Assembly: GCA_043811535.1 (NCBI GenBank)
Contig: JBDRNC010000020.1
Location: 1 to 64,000 of the forward strand
Direction of reading: 5' to 3'
Length of the DNA stretch: 64,000 bases
DNA from: Elusimicrobiota bacterium
Lineage (GTDB): Bacteria > Elusimicrobiota > Endomicrobiia > Endomicrobiales > JBDRNC01
Position 1 is the stretch's first letter; each line of letters opens with the position of its first letter. The notes under the pieces were generated by a model that ran no database searches, was not told the DNA's origin, and saw only the letters and a program-made list of their open reading frames with translations. The position numbers and the translations under genes are program-made. Positions 1 to 10,316 of the stretch are shown piece after piece.

Positions 1-139
1 TATGAGGTAAACCTCACGTACGGTTTGATGTGGCAGGAGTTGGAAACGGGGCATGGTTACGCTAATGAGGCACTGTCAGACGAAAGGGACAGAAACAGAT
101 AGGCATAGCCTAAACTACTGCGCCAACTCCTGACCCTAC
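1..139 (+). mobile_element. 3' end of a group II intron (distal domain V and extended domain VI), truncated by the window start
   Basis: TATGAGGTAAACCTCACGTACGGTTTGATG matches the 3' part of catalytic domain V. GTGGCAGGAGTTGG pairs with CCAACTCCTGACCCTAC (domain VI stem with bulged A), ending in the typical ...AC. Confidence 0.8.
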
Positions 140-203
140 ACACAAAAGAGAATAATTATGTTAGTGGATATTTGTATATAAAGCCTTATACCCCGAAAAA
201 TAT

Positions 204-1583
204 ATGGAGTCCAAAATGCAGCAACAAGATCATATATTTATCAGCTATGCCGAAGAAGATTGGTCTCTGGCTGAATGGCTTACGCTCAAGTTAACTATAG
301 CTGGATATAGTGTATGGTGTGACCATTTTAAATTACTTGGAGGAGAATCATTCCCTGTAGAAATAGATGATGCAATCAAAAATAGAACCTTTCGCCTAGT
401 AGCTCTTCTTTCTCGCAATTCAATATCTAAACCAAATCCCCTCAAAGAACGTACGCTGGCTATAAAGATAAGCAAAGACCGAAAAATAGATTTTCTTATC
501 CCTATCAATGTTGACGGATTAAAAGCGACTGAACTTGATTGGATGACAACAGACCTGACATATATACCTTTCAACAAGAGTTGGGCAGATGGATTAAATC
601 AATTACTAAGGAAACTTCAGAGTTTGGAAGCTCCACGCCCTCTTTTGAAAGCCGGAATGGAAGCGGCAATTGAAGCATATTTGCCAAAAAGTGCAATAAA
701 TCAGACGCCAGAAAATTTGTATTTAAACTGTTTGCCAATAGAACAAATACCCAAGATTATCAAACACTTTGAATTGAACCGTCAATTATCATGGGAAGAA
801 ATGCGAGCAGCTGAGATGAAGTGGGCATTTCATACAGATGCCCGCATAAGACGTAAGGTTCTTTCTTTCCAAGTACCTCCATCAGATTTGATCCAAAATG
901 TGGAGATTAAACCTTGCGGTGAGACAGCATGGGAAACCGTTAAAACAGTTGACGGAATTGATAGTAGTAATTTAGCGGTTATCTTATTAAATAAATGTAT
1001 TAAAATGAAAATGTATGAAAAAGGACTGCAAATAGTAGATAAAATGCAGTTTTATTTTCCAAAAGGATTGCTTGACGGAAATTGGTTAAAATTTGTTAGT
1101 TATGATGGGAAAAATAGAAGACTGCAGGTAACAGGTGAACGTTCGTCGTGGGTAGGAAAGGATAAACAGCAAAAATATAATTACCACTTTTCTCCAGAGT
1201 TATGGGTTAGGAGAGACTTGGTAGATAATTATGTAGTGCAGGTTAATGTAAGACTTTTTATTGTAGATTCACTTGGAAACGCATTTAAGCAACGTTCAGC
1301 CGCTTCTCGCAGAAAAAAAGTAAGTCGAGGTTGGAAAAATAAGCAATGGCTAATGCGCCATATCGGGATATGTAGTTTTCTGTCAGATGGAAATGGTAAA
1401 ATTGAAATTGGTAAAACAAATGAAGAAAAAGTAGTAATATATAGCAATTTATTTAAAGTAGGGGCACCATATGGCATAAATGAAATTACATTGCGAAAGG
1501 GAGCGTCTGAATCCTCAGATATTGGCGAATCCGATATTTCAGGTGATGATATTCTGATCGATGGAGTAGTAGAAAATGAATGA
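204..1583 (+). CDS. TIR-APAZ effector of a SPARTA system
   Basis: N-terminal TIR (IFISYAEED, GYSVWCD, putative catalytic Glu in PLKERTLA) plus a long C-terminal APAZ-like region ending ..RRKKVSRGWKNKQW..; overlaps the downstream short pAgo by 8 nt. The start could be ATG 216. Confidence 0.88.
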   Translation: MESKMQQQDHIFISYAEEDWSLAEWLTLKLTIAGYSVWCDHFKLLGGESFPVEIDDAIKNRTFRLVALLSRNSISKPNPLKERTLAIKISKDRKIDFLIPINVDGLKATELDWMTTDLTYIPFNKSWADGLNQLLRKLQSLEAPRPLLKAGMEAAIEAYLPKSAINQTPENLYLNCLPIEQIPKIIKHFELNRQLSWEEMRAAEMKWAFHTDARIRRKVLSFQVPPSDLIQNVEIKPCGETAWETVKTVDGIDSSNLAVILLNKCIKMKMYEKGLQIVDKMQFYFPKGLLDGNWLKFVSYDGKNRRLQVTGERSSWVGKDKQQKYNYHFSPELWVRRDLVDNYVVQVNVRLFIVDSLGNAFKQRSAASRRKKVSRGWKNKQWLMRHIGICSFLSDGNGKIEIGKTNEEKVVIYSNLFKVGAPYGINEITLRKGASESSDIGESDISGDDILIDGVVENE

Positions 1584-3066
1584 TTTGAAAATACTTCAGG
1601 AGCCTAAACTCCAATTCCGTTATGGACAAATGGTGGAAGATCCACATGATGGGTTAACACTTTTTGGCCCTTATGATTCCGATATGTCATCTCATCCAAA
1701 GGTAATCTCATATGGTGTTGTAGGGACACGTTTGGGTATCGACGCGTTACAAAAGTGGGTTACGCAAATCTCAGGACCCATTTCTCCTGAATTAGATCAA
1801 AATACTAGAATTTGGCCGCCTTTTCCTGGATATTCTGCGGCTTTTTTGTGTGAAATGAAAGAACCTGTTTGTGCTTTTGAAGTTGATTCTAAAGAACTTG
1901 CTACAGCTACACATTTGAATGATCCGAATAAGCGTGTATTTGAAGTAGTTAACTTATATTTGAAAGGATTTGAAGCAATTCAAAAAAAAGATGAATCTTT
2001 TGCTTGCATGATATGTGTTGTCCCAGATATGGTTTTTCATACTTGTCGTACGCAGTCTCACATAAAGGATGGCATTGGCCATAAAATATCTAAAAAAGAG
2101 AAAGTCCTAAGAGCTGCGGGAAATTTAGATTTCTTTGAATTGTATGAGCCAGAGCAATATCTGTTATCAATTGACTTTAGAAGGCAGTTAAAAGCAAGGG
2201 CAATGCAGTATGGTATTCCTCTGCAAATTATTCAGGAATCTACACTACGTGGTGGAGCTGTTGCGGAAATAGAAGAAAGAAATCTAACTTATCTTACAGA
2301 CAGAGCATGGAATTTGGGGACTACCTTATATTATAAAGCAGGTGGAAAGCCTTGGAGATTACCATCTGCAAGAGAAGGAGTATGCTATATAGGTATTGCT
2401 TTTCGTAGAACGACAGATGGTCCTCGCACTGCCTGTTGTGCTGCGCAAATGTTTCTTGATTCTGGTGATGGCATAGTATTCTTGGGAGAATATGGTCCCT
2501 GGTATTCTCCCGAAAAACATCAGTTTCATCTAAAAAAGGATTCTGCCAAAAAACTTTTAGAAGGTGTCTTAAATACTTACAAAGACCTTGAAGGGAAAGA
2601 ATTGAAAGAAATATTTTTACACTCTCGCTCAACGATTGATAGTGAAGAATATTCAGGATATTTAGAAGCCTGTCCAAAGGGCATAAAATTGGCAGGCGTA
2701 AGAGTCCGACAAGAAAGATTTGGTGTCAGGTTATATAGGGAAGGTGAATGGCCAGTTATACGTGGTTCATTTTTAAAAATTAATGAAAAGACATGCTATC
2801 TCTGGGCATCGGGATTTAAACAACGTCTTGCTACGTATGATGGGTGGGATGTGCCTGTTCCATTACGGATTGATATCGAACATGGTGAGAGAGATATAGA
2901 GAAAGTAGCGAAAGATATACTAAGTTTGACTAAACTAAACTATAATGCCTGTAAACTCGGAGATTCCGAACCTGTAACTGTTGCCTTTTCTGATGCCGTA
3001 GGCGAAATACTAGTATCAAATCCTACAGTGAAAGAGAGAAGACCAAATTTTAAGTTCTATATATAA
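1576..3066 (+). CDS. Short prokaryotic Argonaute (MID-PIWI), SPARTA type
   Basis: 496 aa with no N/PAZ domains. Motifs EPKLQF..DPHDGL.LFGP, WNLGTTLYYKAGGKPWRL, GVCYIGIAF, CCAAQMFLDSGDG, LTKLNYNAC...PVT, C-terminal FKFYI. Confidence 0.93.
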   Translation: MNDLKILQEPKLQFRYGQMVEDPHDGLTLFGPYDSDMSSHPKVISYGVVGTRLGIDALQKWVTQISGPISPELDQNTRIWPPFPGYSAAFLCEMKEPVCAFEVDSKELATATHLNDPNKRVFEVVNLYLKGFEAIQKKDESFACMICVVPDMVFHTCRTQSHIKDGIGHKISKKEKVLRAAGNLDFFELYEPEQYLLSIDFRRQLKARAMQYGIPLQIIQESTLRGGAVAEIEERNLTYLTDRAWNLGTTLYYKAGGKPWRLPSAREGVCYIGIAFRRTTDGPRTACCAAQMFLDSGDGIVFLGEYGPWYSPEKHQFHLKKDSAKKLLEGVLNTYKDLEGKELKEIFLHSRSTIDSEEYSGYLEACPKGIKLAGVRVRQERFGVRLYREGEWPVIRGSFLKINEKTCYLWASGFKQRLATYDGWDVPVPLRIDIEHGERDIEKVAKDILSLTKLNYNACKLGDSEPVTVAFSDAVGEILVSNPTVKERRPNFKFYI

Positions 3067-3449
3067 GTTTATTAAATATTACAACAATGTGTCCAACTAT
3101 TCAGAAATATTGAGTCTGGCTTCTTTAACTTTGTTAATTGATTGCTTCAATTTCTATATTACGTCTTAAAAAGTTGGTAAATTCTGTTTGCGGAAACCCT
3201 CCTAAATTTGTATAATACGATCGTAAGTTAAGGCGACGCTGACTGTAATTAAGACAATTGGTTAGTCGCTTGGTGATACCAACAAAAGCATCAGGTATCA
3301 CAGAGCGATTTTTTTTGGGATAGAAGCACAATATATTGTAGCAACAGGCCGGAATACCACTATATCCGCTATTGTGGGCCACCTTTTAACATGGCTCCCC
3401 GATTTAGACATCGGGGATGACGGATTTAGGGCAATGAAAGGTGCGTCGA

Positions 3450-3478
3450 TTGACAAAAGGGTGTTCATTTAGTAGAAT
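3450..3478 (+). promoter_or_regulatory. sigma70-type promoter upstream of the tRNA-Lys/tRNA-Glu/purA region
   Basis: TTGACA (3450-3455), 17-nt spacer, TAGAAT (3473-3478). Confidence 0.7.
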
Positions 3479-3638
3479 ACCAAAGGTTTGAGACAAAAAC
3501 TTCTGCTATTTTTCTGCTGTTGTAGCTAAAACGTAGTGATTTTTGGGGTTTCAGCAGTTTTCAGGAGTTGTCAGGAATTTCGCGGTTCTTTCGATTTCTC
3601 GACGGAAAACAGGGATAAAATAATTTTCCGTCCATGAC

Positions 3639-3711
3639 GGGCCCGTAGCTCAGTTGGTAGAGCACCTGCCTTTTAAGCAGGGCGTCGTGCGTTCGAATCG
3701 CACCGGGCTCA
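3639..3711 (+). tRNA. tRNA-Lys(TTT)
   Basis: Complete cloverleaf GGGCCCG/CGGGCTC, anticodon arm CCTGC-CTTTTAA-GCAGG, T-loop TTCGAAT; CCA not encoded. Confidence 0.96.
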
Positions 3712-3747
3712 TTTAAATAATGAGTCAATATGTATTAAGCCTGAGTG

Positions 3748-4003
3748 TGGTAGAGCAGGCCGATAAGTCGGCCGTGTCGTGCGTTTCCGCCGCGGCGGAC
3801 ACAGGGCTCATTTAAATAATGAGTCAATATGTATTAAGCCTGAGTGTGGTAGAGCAGGCCGATAAGTCGGCCGCGTCGTGCGTTCGAATCGCACCGGGCT
3901 CATTTACAAAATGAGCCAATAAGTATTTGAAGGAGATGCACGGTAGAGCAGGTCGATAAGTCGGCCGCGTCGTGCGTTTCCGCCGCGGCGGACACCGGGC
4001 TCA
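3748..4003 (+). repeat. Three tandem partial copies of tRNA-Lys (D-loop to acceptor end) with substituted hairpins
   Basis: Units 3748-3810, 3847-3902 and 3942-4003 each read GGTAGAGCA-[GG(C/T)CGATAAGTCGGCC]-G(C/T)GTCGTGCGTT...GGGCTCA; period ~92-101 nt. Confidence 0.9.
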
Positions 4004-4091
4004 CTTCAATGAACAATTAGCAATGAGCAATTATCAGGGAACCAAAATCTTTAATTGCTAATTGGTAAATGATAACTGTTAAATGAAAAAT

Positions 4092-4164
4092 GCTCTCATC
4101 GTCTAGGGGTCTAGGACACAGCCCTTTCAAGGCTGCGACCGGGGTTCAAATCCCCGTGGGAGCG
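4092..4164 (+). tRNA. tRNA-Glu(TTC)
   Basis: Cloverleaf, anticodon arm CAGCC-CTTTCAA-GGCTG, GGTTCAAATCC T-arm. Confidence 0.95.
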
Positions 4165-4273
4165 CTCCTTAAGAACGGTGTTCATTAGTTCATAAGTCCA
4201 TAGGTACATTAGTTAAGTCGTAAACGAAATACGAAATACGAACGACGGAATACGGTAGTTAGAAGGATCAATC

Positions 4274-5557
4274 ATGTCTGTCTTAGTCGTCATTGGCACG
4301 CAGTGGGGGGATGAAGGAAAGGGCAAAGTAGTTCATTATCTGTCAAAAGAATCTGATTATATCGTAAGATACCAGGGCGGAAACAACGCCGGCCACACGA
4401 TAATCTTCGAAAACAAACCTTTTGTGCTCCACCTGATACCTTCCGGAGTTCTCTTCGCTGGCAAAAAATGCCTTATCACGAACGGCGTCGTGCTGGACCC
4501 CAATATACTCTTTGATGAATACAACCTTCTTTTGAGCAAGAAAATTAAAGTCAAGGGGCGTTTTTTTATCAGTGAATCAACTCACCTGATACTGCCCTAC
4601 CATAAATATCTGGATGAACTCCGCGAAAAAGGTAAGATAAGAATAGGTACCACGAAGCGCGGCATAGGCCCGGCTTACGCCGATAAGGTCACGCGCATAG
4701 GCATTCGCGTAGTTGATTATCTGGACAAGAAGGTTTTTCTTGACCTGCTTGAGCGGAACTTGAAAGAAAAAACACCTCTTCTCAGCAAGATAGTTTCCGT
4801 AAATAAAGTAAGGAAACAGATACTTGCGGATTACCCGCGATTGAGCAGATTCTTGCGGAATTTCACTGCCAACACTTCAATGGTTCTGGATAAAGCGATA
4901 AACGAAAAGAAGAACATTCTTTTTGAGAGCGCGCAGGGCACGATGCTTGACCTGGATTTCGGCACGTATCCCTACGTAACGTCTTCTAACCCGGTTTCGG
5001 GCGGCGCGTGCGTCGGGGCAGGCGTGGGCCCGACAAAAATCGATAAAGTGCTGGGCGTCGTTAAAGCATACACCACCCGCGTCGGCGAAGGTCCGTTCCC
5101 CACGGAACTTAAAGACAATATAGGCAGTTTTCTCAGGGAAAAAGGCCAGGAATACGGAGCCACTACCGGCAGGCCGAGGCGTTGCGGATGGTTTGACGCG
5201 GTTGTCGTCCGCCACAGCGTCAGGGTAAACGGGATAACTTCGCTTGTACTTACAAAACTTGACTGCCTTGAAGGAATAGGCACAATTAGAATATGTGTCG
5301 CGTATAAATATAAAGGCAAGATAGTAAAAGAATTTCCTGCGTCAAGGGCGATGCAGAAAGGTTGTGTCCCCGTTTATGAAGAGATGCCCGGTTTCAAGGA
5401 ATCTATCAGGGGCATAACCAGGTTTAAGGACCTGCCGTTGAACGTGAAACGTTACGTCAGGAGACTTGAAGAATTGACGGGCGCGCCGATAGATATTATT
5501 TCTCTCGGCCGCAAAAGAGAAGAGACTATTACCGTAGGGACGAATAAACTATGGTAG
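4274..5557 (+). CDS. purA: Adenylosuccinate synthetase
   Basis: GTQWGDEGKGK, GGNNAGHT, GATTGRPRRCGWFD motifs. Confidence 0.98.
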   Translation: MSVLVVIGTQWGDEGKGKVVHYLSKESDYIVRYQGGNNAGHTIIFENKPFVLHLIPSGVLFAGKKCLITNGVVLDPNILFDEYNLLLSKKIKVKGRFFISESTHLILPYHKYLDELREKGKIRIGTTKRGIGPAYADKVTRIGIRVVDYLDKKVFLDLLERNLKEKTPLLSKIVSVNKVRKQILADYPRLSRFLRNFTANTSMVLDKAINEKKNILFESAQGTMLDLDFGTYPYVTSSNPVSGGACVGAGVGPTKIDKVLGVVKAYTTRVGEGPFPTELKDNIGSFLREKGQEYGATTGRPRRCGWFDAVVVRHSVRVNGITSLVLTKLDCLEGIGTIRICVAYKYKGKIVKEFPASRAMQKGCVPVYEEMPGFKESIRGITRFKDLPLNVKRYVRRLEELTGAPIDIISLGRKREETITVGTNKLW

Positions 5558-5662
5558 ACGACGATTACACAGATTTTGTTTGGATTACAGGATAAGACTT
5601 TATGGAATCTGACACAACTGTGAAATCTTTGTTAAAAATCCGTGTAATCCTGAGAGTTATAT

Positions 5663-6778
5663 ATGAAAAAGGGAATTCTCGCGCTGGAATCCGGCGTGTA
5701 TTATACAGGAAGATCTTTCGGAGCGGATTCTGAAAGCGAAGGCGAGATAGTTTTTAACACCAGCATAACAGGCTACCAGGAAATACTCACCGATCCGTCC
5801 TACTGCGGGCAAATCGTCTGCATGACCTATCCTCACATCGGAAACTACGGAATAAACCCGGAAGACATGGAATCATCCAAGCCGTTCTGCCGCGGTTTTG
5901 TCGTTCGCGAGCACAGCAAGGTTGTCTCCAACTGGCGCTCGAAGGAATCGCTCCACGAATTCCTGCTGGTCAACGGCATAGTCGCGCTTGAAGACGTTGA
6001 CACGCGGGCGCTGACGAGGCATATCAGGGAAGCCGGCGCGATGAGGGCTGTGATCTCGACGACGGAGCACGACCCGAAAAAACTTGTTGAAAAGGCGAAA
6101 AATTCAGCCGGGCTGGCAGGGCGCGACCTTGTTCAGGAAGTCACGTGCGCCGGTATGTATAAATACACCGAAGATGCTAAAAACGAAAAAAAATACACGG
6201 TCGCGGTGATAGACTGCGGGTGCAAACGCAATATATTGAGGGAACTTTTCATAAGGAACTGCAAAGTTCTTGTATTCCCGGCGAGCGCGAGCGCGAAAGA
6301 TATTATAAGCAATTATCCGAACGGAATACTGCTTTCAAACGGTCCGGGAGATCCCGCGGCTGTCAGGAATGTCATAGAAACCGTAAGGCAGCTGATAATA
6401 CATATATCAAACGTAAACCAGAAGCTTCCGATGTTCGGCATATGCCTCGGACACCAGATGCTGGGGTTGGCGTTTGGCGGCGAGACATATAAACTGAAAT
6501 TCGGGCACAGAGGGGCAAATCATCCTGTCAAAGATGTTTCAAGCGGCAGGATATACATAACATCACAGAACCACGGATTCTGCGTCAAGCCCGAATCACT
6601 TGCCGGAAAAGACCTGGAGCTGACGCACTATAATCTTTACGATGGAACGCTTGAAGGATTGCGGCATAAAATGCTTCCGATTTTTTCGGTGCAGTATCAC
6701 CCGGAATCAGGCCCGGGCCCGAACGAGAATAAATACCTGTTTGATAAATTTGTAAGTCTGATGGAGAAGAATAAATAG
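5663..6778 (+). CDS. carA: Carbamoyl-phosphate synthase small subunit
   Basis: GEIVFNTSITGYQEILTDPSY, SNGPGDP, GICLGHQ, QYHPE. Confidence 0.98.
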   Translation: MKKGILALESGVYYTGRSFGADSESEGEIVFNTSITGYQEILTDPSYCGQIVCMTYPHIGNYGINPEDMESSKPFCRGFVVREHSKVVSNWRSKESLHEFLLVNGIVALEDVDTRALTRHIREAGAMRAVISTTEHDPKKLVEKAKNSAGLAGRDLVQEVTCAGMYKYTEDAKNEKKYTVAVIDCGCKRNILRELFIRNCKVLVFPASASAKDIISNYPNGILLSNGPGDPAAVRNVIETVRQLIIHISNVNQKLPMFGICLGHQMLGLAFGGETYKLKFGHRGANHPVKDVSSGRIYITSQNHGFCVKPESLAGKDLELTHYNLYDGTLEGLRHKMLPIFSVQYHPESGPGPNENKYLFDKFVSLMEKNK

Positions 6779-6896
6779 TAAAAACAATTGCTATATGGCT
6801 AAATTGCTAAATGGCTACATGGATAAAGTCTTTAACCATTTGGCAATTCAGCAATTGAGCCATTGTCGTTATTAACCATTTTGCCATTTAAATATT

Positions 6897-9800
6897 ATGC
6901 CCAAACGCACAGACATCAAAACCATTCTCATAATAGGTTCCGGTCCGATTGTGATAGGCCAGGCCTGCGAGTTTGATTATTCAGGCACACAGGCCATCAA
7001 GGCGCTCAGAAAAGACGGTTTCAGAATAGTGCTTGTCAATTCTAACCCCGCCACGATAATGACCGACCCGGAATTCGCCGACGCGACCTATGTAGAGCCG
7101 CTCACTCCGGAAATACTTGAGAAAATCATAGAAAAGGAAAGGCCGGAGGCCCTGTTGCCGACCCTGGGCGGGCAGACGGGCTTAAATCTTTCGGTTGCTC
7201 TCGCGGAAAAAGGAATTCTGGATAAATATAAAGTAGAGCTTATAGGCGCCAAACTGCCCGCGATACAGAAAGCCGAGGACAGGAAACTATTCAAGAAGAC
7301 AATACAGGATATCGGGCTTGACCTGCCCAAGAGCGGTTACGCGTATAGCATCGAAGAGGCGATAAAGATAGCGGACGAGATAGGTTTTCCCGTGATAATC
7401 CGGCCGTCGTTCACGCTCGGCGGAGTCGGTTCGGGAACGGTATACAGCAGGGACGAGTTCATAGAGGCCGTCTCCATAGGCCTTGAAGCAAGCCCGATAC
7501 ACGAAGTGCTTATTGAGGAATCCATTATCGGCTGGAAGGAATTCGAGCTTGAGGTCATGCGCGACTGCGCTGACAACTGCGTCGTTATATGCTCAATCGA
7601 GAATTTCGACCCGATGGGTGTGCACACCGGCGATTCCATCACGGTCGCGCCCGCGCAGACGCTGACCGACAGGGAATACCAGGTCATGCGCGATTGGGCT
7701 TTCAAGGTCATACGCGCGATCGGGGTTGATACCGGCGGATCAAACATACAGTTTGCCGTCAATCCTAAGGACGGCAGGATCGTCGTAATCGAGATGAACC
7801 CGAGAGTGAGCCGCTCGTCGTCGCTCGCGTCAAAGGCGACCGGGTTTCCGATAGCCAAGATAGCGAGTCTGCTTGCGGTGGGTTACCGCCTTGACGAGAT
7901 CCCTAACGATATAACAAAGAAAACACCCGCGTCGTTTGAACCGACAATAGATTACTGTGTCGTTAAGATCCCGAGATTCGCCTTTGAAAAATTTACGGGT
8001 ACCGACCAGACGCTAAACACCGCGATGAAATCAGTGGGAGAGGTGATGGCGCTGGGCCGGACATTCAAAGAAGCGCTTCAGAAAGCGGTCAGGGGCCTTG
8101 AGACGGGCAAGGCGGGCCTTGTCAGGGAGAAATCGTACCAGGAGCAAAAGATTGCCAAGGCGCTTAAGGACGGCGGCAAGTTCCGCGAGGAGATCCTGGA
8201 AGAAATAGAATACAAACTCCACACGCCGAATTGCGACCGGCTCTACAATATAATGTATGCCTTCGAATTCGGGATGTCTGAATTCGAGATACACGACCTT
8301 TCGAAAATTGACCCGTGGTTCATCCACCAGATGAAAGAGATATATGACTGGAGCAGAAAAATACCGGGCCTGATGAAAATGACGGATAAAGAAAAGAAGG
8401 ATTTCCTCTACAAGACGAAACAACTTGGTTTTTCGGACCAGCAGATAGCGTATCTTACCGGGCAGAAACCGGAAAAGATAAGGGAAATGAGGAAATGGCT
8501 GAAAATAATCCCGTCTTACAAGCTTGTTGACACGTGCGCCGGCGAATTTGAGGCCCGCACGCCTTATTTCTATTCTACGTACGAGAAAGAAGACGAGGTT
8601 ACGCCGGGCAAGGGCAAAAAGGTCATGATACTCGGCGCCGGCCCGAACCGCATCGGGCAGGGCATAGAGTTTGACTACTGCTGCGTTCACGCAGTTCTTT
8701 CTCTTAAAGACGACGGCTACCAGACTATCATGGTCAACTGCAATCCCGAGACGGTTTCAACCGATTACGATATCTCCGACAGGCTGTATTTTGAGCCGCT
8801 GACCATAGAAGATGTGATGAATATCATAGAGAAGGAGAAACCTCTGGGCGTGATGGTCCAGTTTGGCGGCCAGACGCCGCTGAACCTGACATCAGCGCTG
8901 GCAAAGGCGGGTGTGAAGATACTGGGCACGAGCCCGAGATCCATAAATATCGCGGAAGACCGGAAAGAATTCAGCAAGATACTCAATAAACTGAAGATAC
9001 CGCAGGCGGCTTCAGGCACGGCGCTGACATTCGCCGAAGCAAAGACGATCGCCCACAAACTTACGTATCCTGTCATGGTAAGGCCTTCTTATGTGCTGGG
9101 CGGGCGGGCGATGCAGATAATCTACGACGACACGATGTTGTCCGAATATATAGGGAAAGCCGTGCAGGCAAGCCCGGACCGGCCGATACTGATAGATAAA
9201 TTCCTGGACAGCGCGGTTGAGGTCGACGTTGACGCGCTAAGCGACGGGACGGACGTCTACATTGCGGGCATCATGGAGCATATCGAAGAAGCGGGGATAC
9301 ATTCCGGCGACTCGGCCTGCGTGATACCGACTAATTCTCTTAAAGACGAAACGTTGGAAACGATAAAAAAATATACGAAGGCGCTGGCTCTTGAATTGCA
9401 GGTAAAAGGGCTGATAAATATTCAATTTGCCGTCAAAGACGGGGTGGTTTATATACTTGAAGCAAACCCGCGCGCTTCGCGCACGGTGCCGTACGTCTCC
9501 AAGGCGACTGGCATACCGATAGCCAAACTGGCCGCGAAGGTCATGATGGATAAAAAACTGAAACAGCTGCTTCCAAAACAACTGCTCGCTGATTCGCCGC
9601 CCAAGCTGAAGTGCGTCGCGGTCAAGGAAGTAGTTCTTCCATGGACGCGCTTCGCCAACGTAGATACTGTCCTCGGCCCGGAAATGAAAAGCACCGGCGA
9701 AGTGATGGGAATAGATATTGACTTTGGAAAAGCTTTCGCGAAAGCGGAGCTTGCTTCGGGCTCGGCTGTTCCGAGCGGCGGTTCGGTACTGGTCAGTCTC

Positions 9801-10181
9801 GGACCTGGCAAGAATGAATCTCTGCCGGTGCTGCGCGAGCTTATCGGATTGGGGTTTGAGATACTCGCGACAAAGCACACGGCGGAATTCCTTAGGCAGA
9901 ACGGCCTTGAGGTCAGGGAAGTCAAGAAGATATCCGAGGGAAGGCCCAACGTAGTGGATGTTATCAAGAACCGGCAGGTAAGCCTTGTCATAAACACGCC
10001 CTCCGGAAAACGCAGCAGGGCCGACGGATACCATATAAGACGCAGCGCCGTCATGTATAATGTATCTATAGTAACAACTGTTGCCGCCGCAAAAGCCACA
10101 GTTGAAAGCATAAAAGCCGTACGCGCCAGCGGCTGGACCGTAAAATCATTACAAGAATACCATAAGAAATTAAAAGATTGA
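6897..10181 (+). CDS. carB: Carbamoyl-phosphate synthase large subunit, copy 1
   Basis: [26 protein letters not shown]; two ATP-grasp halves; C-terminal MGS domain. Confidence 0.98.
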   Translation: MPKRTDIKTILIIGSGPIVIGQACEFDYSGTQAIKALRKDGFRIVLVNSNPATIMTDPEFADATYVEPLTPEILEKIIEKERPEALLPTLGGQTGLNLSVALAEKGILDKYKVELIGAKLPAIQKAEDRKLFKKTIQDIGLDLPKSGYAYSIEEAIKIADEIGFPVIIRPSFTLGGVGSGTVYSRDEFIEAVSIGLEASPIHEVLIEESIIGWKEFELEVMRDCADNCVVICSIENFDPMGVHTGDSITVAPAQTLTDREYQVMRDWAFKVIRAIGVDTGGSNIQFAVNPKDGRIVVIEMNPRVSRSSSLASKATGFPIAKIASLLAVGYRLDEIPNDITKKTPASFEPTIDYCVVKIPRFAFEKFTGTDQTLNTAMKSVGEVMALGRTFKEALQKAVRGLETGKAGLVREKSYQEQKIAKALKDGGKFREEILEEIEYKLHTPNCDRLYNIMYAFEFGMSEFEIHDLSKIDPWFIHQMKEIYDWSRKIPGLMKMTDKEKKDFLYKTKQLGFSDQQIAYLTGQKPEKIREMRKWLKIIPSYKLVDTCAGEFEARTPYFYSTYEKEDEVTPGKGKKVMILGAGPNRIGQGIEFDYCCVHAVLSLKDDGYQTIMVNCNPETVSTDYDISDRLYFEPLTIEDVMNIIEKEKPLGVMVQFGGQTPLNLTSALAKAGVKILGTSPRSINIAEDRKEFSKILNKLKIPQAASGTALTFAEAKTIAHKLTYPVMVRPSYVLGGRAMQIIYDDTMLSEYIGKAVQASPDRPILIDKFLDSAVEVDVDALSDGTDVYIAGIMEHIEEAGIHSGDSACVIPTNSLKDETLETIKKYTKALALELQVKGLINIQFAVKDGVVYILEANPRASRTVPYVSKATGIPIAKLAAKVMMDKKLKQLLPKQLLADSPPKLKCVAVKEVVLPWTRFANVDTVLGPEMKSTGEVMGIDIDFGKAFAKAELASGSAVPSGGSVLVSLGPGKNESLPVLRELIGLGFEILATKHTAEFLRQNGLEVREVKKISEGRPNVVDVIKNRQVSLVINTPSGKRSRADGYHIRRSAVMYNVSIVTTVAAAKATVESIKAVRASGWTVKSLQEYHKKLKD

Positions 10182-10316
10182 AAGATTGGAAAGATTTAAA
10201 GATTAACGGCTTAACAGAACGACAGAAAAACTGAAAGAAACGATAGCAATTAGCAATTGACAATTAGTCAAAACTCGCAACTCATCACTAAATCTGCACA
10301 GCCCGGAGGAAAACAA

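Noticed and set aside
60..100. CTAATGAG...CGAAA resembling a hammerhead ribozyme core
   Set aside because: The core deviates from CUGANGA, the required three-stem arrangement is not evident, and the segment is explained as part of intron domain VI
140..3180. SPARTA as an integron cassette (GTCCAAC at 3090 fits RYYYAAC)
   Set aside because: No matching GTTRRRY with an attC-like palindrome was found and no integrase is in view
3134..3382. 82-aa minus-strand ORF after pAgo
   Set aside because: No recognisable motif or RBS; probably decayed island DNA
3392..3417. TGGCTCCCCGA as the reverse complement of a tRNA 3' end (possible att site of the SPARTA island)
   Set aside because: Only 11 nt, it overlaps a generic palindrome (TCCCCGAT..ATCGGGGA), and the tRNAs in this window do not encode CCA; it cannot be supported without the other island end
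3712..4003. Regularly spaced repeats resembling a CRISPR array
   Set aside because: The units are tRNA-Lys-derived, the 'spacers' are themselves repeated, the period is ~92-101 nt and no cas genes are present
10257..10316. Extended N-termini from the ORF track (carB2, and likewise purS, pit, purN, AraC, nth and 50867)
   Set aside because: Upstream TTG/GTG/ATG starts run through repeats or neighbouring genes; downstream starts with an RBS and family-typical N-termini were used instead
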